A DNA stretch of 14,161 bases, taken from IMG/VR virus record IMGVR_UViG_3300045391_005622, positions 1 to 14,161 of that record; one strand, given 5' to 3'. This document shows, in pieces, positions 1-4,711 of this stretch (the first letter of the stretch is position 1; every line of letters begins with the position of its first letter). The stretch is from a virus. The notes beneath the pieces are model-generated. The model saw nothing but the letters and a program-made list of their open reading frames with translations. It did no database searches and had not been told where the DNA came from. The translations under genes were made by a program, and so were the position numbers.

Positions 1-54
1 TTACTATTGCACCATTGGCCAATTATTTGCACCTTTGAATTGTCAGTAAACAAA
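1..54. repeat. Terminal direct repeat, copy 1 (circular-closure overlap)
   Basis: ttactattgcaccattggccaattatttgcacctttgaattgtcagtaaacaaa is identical to 14108-14161. It contains the perfect palindrome ATTGGCCAAT (14-23), flanked by two TTGCACC copies (7-13 and 27-33). Confidence 0.9.
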
Positions 55-70
55 CCAAAAAATCTCAACC

Positions 71-325
71 ATGTTACACACTCCATCCAGTGCCATGCGC
101 ACTATCGCGGCCCAATGCGGCCAACTAATCAGAGAAAAAAAATATCACAAGGAACAGGCGCTGTATTACCACAAGATGTTCAATGCCAGCGTACCAAAAG
201 AGGATCTAAGCGCTGATATCATTATTTTGCATGAACTAACCCCGCTGCAGGAATTTTGGCAGCAGATGGCACAGCACCACATTACAGCCCTGCACCTGGT
301 AGAGAACCAAATAAACGCACTTTGA
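71..325 (+). CDS. Hypothetical small protein (84 aa), early module
   Basis: ATG-initiated ORF with helical-looking, balanced composition, followed by an intrinsic terminator at 354-375. Preferred over the overlapping 7..216 ORF, which has an odd His/Cys/Arg-rich composition and starts inside the terminal repeat. Confidence 0.55.
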   Translation: MLHTPSSAMRTIAAQCGQLIREKKYHKEQALYYHKMFNASVPKEDLSADIIILHELTPLQEFWQQMAQHHITALHLVENQINAL

Positions 326-353
326 TCACGCACGCAGCCGTTTCAACGGCACA

Positions 354-375
354 GGGGCTAATTTTAGCCCCTTTT
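354..375 (+). terminator. Rho-independent terminator after ORF 71-325
   Basis: ggggctaa/ttagcccc stem (354-371) followed by TTTT (372-375). Confidence 0.6.
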
Positions 376-449
376 CGCTTTTCTCCCAAAAGACGGGCAG
401 TTGCCCACATTACAAACCAGGCCCGTAAAAGGGCTGCAAATCGTTTACA

Positions 450-701
450 ATGGCTACAGACAAAGACCGGTTTTTATTGATATTGGTAGAGGATCTGCCA
501 TTGCCGGCAAACTCAATTGAGTGCAAAAAAGTCGGCACTGCATTAAATGGCCCTGAAGCTGAAATGATCGAAGTGCTGGCAGTGCTGATGGCACATAGTG
601 AAAAATTTCGCAGGCTGTTCAATGCAGCCGGCATAATGGCAAACAAAATACGGCGCGGTGAAATGCCCACACCTGGCCATTTTCAGGTAAACGATAATTA
701 A
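450..701 (+). CDS. Hypothetical protein (83 aa), early module
   Basis: ATG ORF with normal composition. No recognisable motif. Confidence 0.6.
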   Translation: MATDKDRFLLILVEDLPLPANSIECKKVGTALNGPEAEMIEVLAVLMAHSEKFRRLFNAAGIMANKIRRGEMPTPGHFQVNDN

Positions 702-725
702 CCAGTAACCCCAAAAACAAGCAAT

Positions 726-908
726 ATGACAGTAGCTATGCTAATTGAAAACCTGCAGGCGTTGCCCCGGCAGGATCTTCCAGTAATGGTTTTTGATGAA
801 CTGTTCAACACTTACCAGCATGTAGTGCTGGCAGAGATTGACACGCTACCAACCCCGCAGGGTGAAGTAACAGCGATCCGATTATTCACCAATGACAAAG
901 ACATTTAA
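726..908 (+). CDS. Hypothetical small protein (60 aa), paralog of 1129-1359
   Basis: N-terminus MTVAMLIENLQALPRQDLPVMV resembles MTVTEYIKALQALPGDLQVIIA of ORF 1129-1359. The next ORF starts 2 nt after its stop. Confidence 0.65.
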   Translation: MTVAMLIENLQALPRQDLPVMVFDELFNTYQHVVLAEIDTLPTPQGEVTAIRLFTNDKDI

Positions 909-909
909 C

Positions 910-1098
910 ATGGAAAAGGAAAAGATACCTGCAGCCCTGCAGGATGAAATTAACCGGGCTTTTGAAGTCGCAAAGCAATCGGTTTCCCTGCTCTACAGCC
1001 GGATGGATCTGGCAGATATTCCCAACGGGGGAATGGCCATGATCCTGAAAGACCTGGTATTGCAGCACCAGGAAGTGCAGCGGCACATGGCAGGGTGA
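910..1098 (+). CDS. Hypothetical small protein (62 aa)
   Basis: The track ORF begins at 892, inside the previous gene. The ATG at 910 directly follows the TAA at 906-908, so 910 is the likelier start. Helical composition. Confidence 0.6.
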   Translation: MEKEKIPAALQDEINRAFEVAKQSVSLLYSRMDLADIPNGGMAMILKDLVLQHQEVQRHMAG

Positions 1099-1128
1099 AT
1101 ATTTGCCCGGTTTTTCCGTTCTTGCCTT

Positions 1129-1359
1129 ATGACCGTGACAGAGTATATAAAGGCGCTGCAAGCCCTGCCAGGCGATCTGCAGGTGATAATAGCAGCCGGA
1201 ACGATTGACAGCTACACACAGTTTAAACCGGCTGGCCATCCACATACCATGTGCGTTGTGACCAGGACACAGGACGGGAAAACAATCCTGGAAAGCCAGT
1301 TAACAGGCCATCCCCTGCAGAAAGATTGCCCACAATTCGACGCGGTACGGCTGGCCTAA
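1129..1359 (+). CDS. Hypothetical small protein (76 aa), paralog of 726-908
   Basis: Shares the MTV..(I/Y)I..LQALP..DL.V motif with ORF 726-908. Followed by the bidirectional terminator. Confidence 0.7.
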   Translation: MTVTEYIKALQALPGDLQVIIAAGTIDSYTQFKPAGHPHTMCVVTRTQDGKTILESQLTGHPLQKDCPQFDAVRLA

Positions 1360-1385
1360 CCTGGTACTACCGCGAAGCGTGACAC

Positions 1386-1418
1386 AAAAAAAGCCGTGCA
1401 GATCCTGCACGGCTTTTT
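1386..1418. terminator. Bidirectional intrinsic terminator between convergent genes
   Basis: A7 run (1386-1392), stem gccgtgcag (1393-1401), loop atc, stem ctgcacggc (1405-1413), T5 (1414-1418). Lies between the + ORF ending at 1359 and the - ORF ending at 1435. Confidence 0.8.
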
Positions 1419-1434
1419 CATGTTAACCTATAGG

Positions 1435-1593
1435 TTAATTTTTCTTGCTAAAGATGCCTACCAGGGCTTGCAAAACGATGCCGGCAAAAGACAGCCATCT
1501 TTTTATTTTTGCCTCTTTCTTTACTTCGGTTTCGGTGCATTCGTTCACTGGTGCAGCTGGTACATTTTCGGGTAAAATTTGCTCGTTTGTCAT
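1435..1593 (-). CDS. Small tail-anchored membrane protein (52 aa); the only minus-strand gene
   Basis: The track ORF is 1435..1722 (-), but I use the internal ATG (complement of 1591-1593). Product MTNEQILPENVPAAPVNECTETEVKKEAKIKRWLSFAGIVLQALVGIFSKKN has a C-terminal hydrophobic helix followed by a basic tail. On the - strand a TAnnTTTG-type box (TACTTTTG, complement of 1623-1630) lies about 30 nt upstream. Confidence 0.45.
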   Translation of the reverse strand: MTNEQILPENVPAAPVNECTETEVKKEAKIKRWLSFAGIVLQALVGIFSKKN

Positions 1594-1816
1594 AGGGTAA
1601 TTTTTAACTGTTAGGAATGCATCAAAAGTAATTTGCAGCCCTGGCACCTGGTAGTTTATTCGATGGCTGGCGGGTTTTTGTCGCCTAGATATGCACATTC
1701 GTGGATATTCAAAAACGATCAATTTCAGAACGGGCTTTACATTCGGGCCATGATTTTACCGTTCAATCCATTTATTGTAAAGGAATTGCACCAGTGTACC
1801 TGGTTTAAAATATATA

Positions 1817-1846
1817 AGCCCTGCTATAGAAATAGCGGGGCTTTTT
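1817..1846 (+). terminator. Strong terminator-like hairpin in the rep-upstream intergenic region
   Basis: 11-bp stem agccctgctat / atagcggggct with one G-U pair, loop agaa, then T5 (1842-1846). No convincing + strand gene lies upstream of it. Confidence 0.5.
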
Positions 1847-1940
1847 ATGATTTTACCTTGGCACTTTTTACGATGCCATCCGGCACAAATGTACCTCTTT
1901 GCCCTCTCCCCTGGGTGCATTCACTCAAAATTAATTCGCA

Positions 1941-3041
1941 GTGCTAAAAGTGCTGCAGATACCACACAGCCCATATAAGCGCCGCAAGCCGGCCGCAATT
2001 CTCACCCCTGGTTCACAAAAATGGGTAGACAGGCAAGCCCCGCTGAAGGCCTCTAAATGGCGCTCAAAGGAAGAGTTTGCCAGGATGACCGGCCGCGCGG
2101 ATCTCCTTGATAAGTTAGCACAACTATCGCAACCCGCGCTGGGGGCCAGTTCCAGCAACGGATCGGAAAAGGAATTTCTGCGGAAAAGAGCCAAACGGAA
2201 ATATTTCACGCAGTACCTGGCAGGCCAGCTGGCCATGCTCGAAAGCCCGTTAAAAAAAGCCTATCGCAATTCACTGCATTGCTGCAGTGAATTAAAGCAG
2301 CACGAAGACAAGATAACCGCGAAGTATTGTAAAAACCGCTGGTGCATGGTATGCAATTCTATACGCACGGCTAAAAATATCAATGGGTATGAGCCGGAAT
2401 TTAAAAAGCTGTTAGATCCTCAATTCCTTACGCTGACCGTTCCCAACGTCAAAAAAGATGAACTACGGGAAACAATCCGGTGCATGAAAAAGACCTGGCA
2501 GGCCGTATATAAAAAGTTCCACCGGCAATGCCAGAAACTAAAAATTAAGCTGGTTGGGGTGCAAAAATTGGAATGCACCTATAATGCAGTAGAGGACACA
2601 TATCACCCTCATTTTCACTTCATTATAGATGGAAAGCCGATTGCATCGGCAATACATGATGAATGGTTGGCCCGGTTTCCATCGGCTAGGCGTGCAGCGC
2701 AAGATCTTCGCCCTGCGGATCTCAATTCAATGAAGGAAATGTTTAAATATTTTACCAAAGTTGTTACCACCAGTGGCAACACCAGGCGGATCTATATTCC
2801 TGCAATGGACGTAATTTTTCAAGCCATGCAGGGCTTTAGAGTTTTTCAACCGTTTGGCATAAAGGCGGTGAATGATGAACCGGACGACCTGGAAGCAATT
2901 ACCCTGGAAGAAAAAGTAGATCAGCTTGTCTGGTGGAAATGGACGGGTAACGATTGGCACGACACAGCAACCGGCAAACCATTAACCGGCTTTGAACGTG
3001 TAACGGTATATGATGAACTCTTTAAAAATGCAGCTTTGTAG
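1941..3041 (+). CDS. rep: Rolling-circle replication initiator, pC194/pUB110 (Rep_1) type HUH endonuclease
   Basis: All family motifs are visible: Cys cluster YCKNRWCMVCNSIR, motif I FLTLTVPN, HUH motif YHPHFHFII, and the catalytic E-x3-Y motif MKEMFKYFTK. The ORF opens at GTG 1941. ATG 2085 (MTGRADLL...) is an equally plausible or better start. Confidence 0.9.
   Translation: MLKVLQIPHSPYKRRKPAAILTPGSQKWVDRQAPLKASKWRSKEEFARMTGRADLLDKLAQLSQPALGASSSNGSEKEFLRKRAKRKYFTQYLAGQLAMLESPLKKAYRNSLHCCSELKQHEDKITAKYCKNRWCMVCNSIRTAKNINGYEPEFKKLLDPQFLTLTVPNVKKDELRETIRCMKKTWQAVYKKFHRQCQKLKIKLVGVQKLECTYNAVEDTYHPHFHFIIDGKPIASAIHDEWLARFPSARRAAQDLRPADLNSMKEMFKYFTKVVTTSGNTRRIYIPAMDVIFQAMQGFRVFQPFGIKAVNDEPDDLEAITLEEKVDQLVWWKWTGNDWHDTATGKPLTGFERVTVYDELFKNAAL
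2106..2112 (+). promoter_or_regulatory. Candidate double-strand-origin nick site (CTTGATA)
   Basis: This is the only CTTGATA I found in the window. It matches the CTTG/ATA nick core of pC194, pUB110 and phiX174 origins. It lies in the 5' part of rep, between short inverted repeats gcgcgg (2095-2100) and ccgcgc (2143-2148). A 7-mer alone is expected about once by chance. Confidence 0.3.
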
Positions 3042-3112
3042 CGCTAGCTGTCTCTAGTCGGTAATTTCTAACGGTAATAAACAACCTAAATTTTAAATTC
3101 AATTATAATTTT

Positions 3113-3364
3113 ATGGCAACACTAACAAATGAAGAGGTAAAAAATGTTTTAAACGATCACCACACTGGCCTGGTAATACTTATGCCTGGCAACCCAGATA
3201 ATTGCCCGGTCGGTGGAATGATTGTAGGTGCACAGGTTCAATTTCAATTTGGAATGAACGGCTGCTATAGGTGCATGATGTATGCGATACGCGGCATAAT
3301 GGAAAAAGAACCGGCATTGAAAAAATTAGTCATTGATGCACTGGCAACAAATTACAACCCATGA
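3113..3364 (+). CDS. Hypothetical protein (83 aa), low-GC trio member 1
   Basis: ATG ORF whose stop overlaps the next start (ATGA at 3361-3364). The region is AT-rich. Confidence 0.6.
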   Translation: MATLTNEEVKNVLNDHHTGLVILMPGNPDNCPVGGMIVGAQVQFQFGMNGCYRCMMYAIRGIMEKEPALKKLVIDALATNYNP

Positions 3365-3597
3365 AAAAGATAATCCCAAATAAAATTGTTTTTAGTCTGG
3401 TGCAACCTGATGAGCTAAACGTTGAAGTAAAAATAACAATGCACGGGCCGGAAATTGACATTGCATCAATGATTTTTTCAGCAATGCAAATTGATAAGAC
3501 TGTAAAATATTTGCTGATAAAAACTGTAGTTGGTTTTTGTGCACTTAATAAAATTTCAATGAGTAACCTAGAAAAAGAATTCAACAAAACTCAATAG
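3361..3597 (+). CDS. Hypothetical protein (78 aa), low-GC trio member 2
   Basis: Translationally coupled to the previous ORF by an ATGA overlap. The next ORF starts 3 nt after its stop. Confidence 0.6.
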   Translation: MKKIIPNKIVFSLVQPDELNVEVKITMHGPEIDIASMIFSAMQIDKTVKYLLIKTVVGFCALNKISMSNLEKEFNKTQ

Positions 3598-3599
3598 CT

Positions 3600-3833
3600 A
3601 TGTATACCGTAAAAATTATTGCCAACACAGTTTCAGAAAACCTGGAAAGACTGATCGGCTTTTACATTGATGAAGTGCAGGCATCAATACCTGGTGCAGT
3701 GATGACTTTTCAATACCAGGCATTGAACGGCATAAATGAAACAATCTATTCTTGCATGATAACTGTTTGCACGTCGATCATTGATATGCACTTTGCAGAA
3801 AAAAAGCCAGGGGCCAGTATTGCTGGATCGTAA
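3600..3833 (+). CDS. Hypothetical protein (77 aa), low-GC trio member 3
   Basis: Tightly packed ATG ORF, similar in size and in strand-turn-helix pattern to the two preceding ORFs. Confidence 0.6.
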   Translation: MYTVKIIANTVSENLERLIGFYIDEVQASIPGAVMTFQYQALNGINETIYSCMITVCTSIIDMHFAEKKPGASIAGS

Positions 3834-3840
3834 AACGTTC

Positions 3841-3848
3841 TATATTTG
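3841..3848 (+). promoter_or_regulatory. Bacteroidota-type -7 promoter box candidate (TATATTTG = TAnnTTTG)
   Basis: Exact match to the TAnnTTTG consensus, immediately downstream of the trio stop and upstream of the hairpin cluster. I saw no clear -33 TTTG. Confidence 0.3.
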
Positions 3849-3870
3849 CACCAGCCGGTAAGAAAAGGAC

Positions 3871-3896
3871 GCGTGCTCTGCAGGGATGCAACACGC
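3871..3896 (+). other. Hairpin 1 of the structured non-coding region
   Basis: gcgtg...cacgc outer stem with an inner tgca/tgca stem and ggga loop. Confidence 0.4.
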
Positions 3897-3926
3897 CAGC
3901 GATATTGCCGGGGCTGGGTGACCATT

Positions 3927-3950
3927 GTTACCAGGGTGTAACCTGGTAAC
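3927..3950 (+). other. Hairpin 2 of the structured non-coding region
   Basis: Perfect 9-bp stem gttaccagg / cctggtaac with 6-nt loop gtgtaa. Confidence 0.6.
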
Positions 3951-3968
3951 GTCTGTAAAAGAATAGAA

Positions 3969-3997
3969 CGGACTGCAATTGCAGCCCGTTTTTTTTT
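3969..3997 (+). terminator. Strong rho-independent terminator (+)
   Basis: Stem cgg-a-ctgcaattgcag-c-ccg followed by T9 (3989-3997). Confidence 0.8.
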
Positions 3998-4007
3998 GCC
4001 CCTAAAC

Positions 4008-4034
4008 GAAAAACCCCTGCAGATCCTGCAGGGG
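4008..4034 (-). terminator. Minus-strand-oriented intrinsic terminator hairpin
   Basis: Perfect stem cccctgcag / ctgcagggg (4014-4034) with loop atc. The A-run (4009-4013) is on the + strand upstream side, so it reads as a T-run only on the - strand. Shares the 13-nt core tgcagatcctgca with the 1393-1413 hairpin. Confidence 0.5.
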
Positions 4035-4229
4035 TAGCAAATGTTATCTGCATAGACCGGGCCAAATAGGCTGCTTTTGCCCAATTTTCAACCGCGTTGC
4101 CCGGCTTCGCATTGGCAACCTACATTTTTATTCTCCAAAAAACAAGCGTTTTGCCGTTGAACGGCATAAATTTTTTATTGTGCTATTGTAATAAAAATCT
4201 AAAGAAAGCGTTCATTCACCTGTTAGATC

Positions 4230-4238
4230 AATCCAATA
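4230..4238 (+). promoter_or_regulatory. AATCCAATA upstream motif, copy 1
   Basis: 9-mer 13 nt upstream of the TTG start at 4251. Followed by aaaccaatat, which also occurs upstream of 8746. Confidence 0.4.
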
Positions 4239-4250
4239 AACCAATATTTT

Positions 4251-4700
4251 TTGAAAACCGAGAAACTTCTCCTCTACGGCGCTGCCGGCATTGCAGTATT
4301 TGCGATCTTTTCAAAAGCCCGCGCGCTGGGTAACCTGGTATTTACACCAGGTACAGTTTCCGCAATGGGTTTTACAAATGGAGTTCCCACCGCTGATGTG
4401 ACATTGATCGCACAAAATACCAGTACCACTGGCCTTACCATTAACAGCTTTGCCGGCAACGTCTTTTCAAATAATATTCTAATCGGCAATATTTTCAGCT
4501 TCGCCCCGGTGCATATTTCCGGCAATTCCCAAACACCTATCAACGTATCAATACAGTTTAAACCCCTTGGCGTTGTAACTGACTTAATCAGCGCATGGAA
4601 TACAAATAATTTTTCACAGGATATCACAGTAGAGGGCTTTGCAAATGTGCTAGGGCTGCAGCTGCCAATTAATTTACGTTTTAAGTTTGGCACCCCTTAA
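4251..4700 (+). CDS. N-terminally membrane-anchored beta-rich structural protein (149 aa)
   Basis: TTG start. N-terminal helix KLLLYGAAGIAVFAIFSKAR is followed by an alternating beta-strand pattern (LVFTPGTVSAMGF..ADVTLIAQNTS..LTINSFAGNVF) that loosely resembles LEA_2/WHy-type beta-sandwiches. That fold assignment is tentative. Confidence 0.7.
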   Translation: MKTEKLLLYGAAGIAVFAIFSKARALGNLVFTPGTVSAMGFTNGVPTADVTLIAQNTSTTGLTINSFAGNVFSNNILIGNIFSFAPVHISGNSQTPINVSIQFKPLGVVTDLISAWNTNNFSQDITVEGFANVLGLQLPINLRFKFGTP

Positions 4701-4711
4701 ACCTGCAAGGC

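Noticed and set aside
1-54. Terminal repeat read as prophage att sites, LTRs or transposon ends.
   Set aside because: The repeats are direct and define exactly one gene-complete unit, with no flanking host sequence and no integrase or transposase. An assembly overlap of a circular molecule is the simpler reading. An att-bounded excised element cannot be fully excluded from the sequence alone.
7-216. 69-aa + ORF overlapping ORF 71-325 in another frame. The 256-480 ORF was rejected alongside it.
   Set aside because: ORF 7-216 starts inside the terminal repeat and operator-like sequence, and has a His/Cys/Arg/Gln-rich composition. ORF 256-480 runs through the 354-375 terminator. The 71-325 frame looks more protein-like, though the choice is not certain.
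1633-1947. 104-aa + strand ORF in the rep-upstream region.
   Set aside because: It runs straight through a strong hairpin+T5 terminator (1817-1846) and overlaps the extended minus-strand ORF. Its composition is odd (Trp/Cys/Phe/Pro-rich). The region is treated as regulatory instead.
3927-3997. Stem-loops considered as parts of a tRNA or other known RNA gene.
   Set aside because: I could not build a cloverleaf with acceptor stem, anticodon arm and T-arm GTTC-type motif by eye. The structures fit simple hairpins and terminators better. A tRNAscan/Infernal run would be needed to exclude known RNA families.
3746-4084. 112-aa minus-strand ORF.
   Set aside because: It spans four hairpins and the T9/A-run terminators of the non-coding region. 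Its Cys/Arg-rich translation is unlike the other genes.
4097-4333. 78-aa + ORF upstream of and overlapping the 4251 gene.
   Set aside because: It covers the conserved leader motifs (4230-4248) and overlaps the TM-anchored 4251-4700 ORF out of frame. Its Cys-rich tail looks non-coding.
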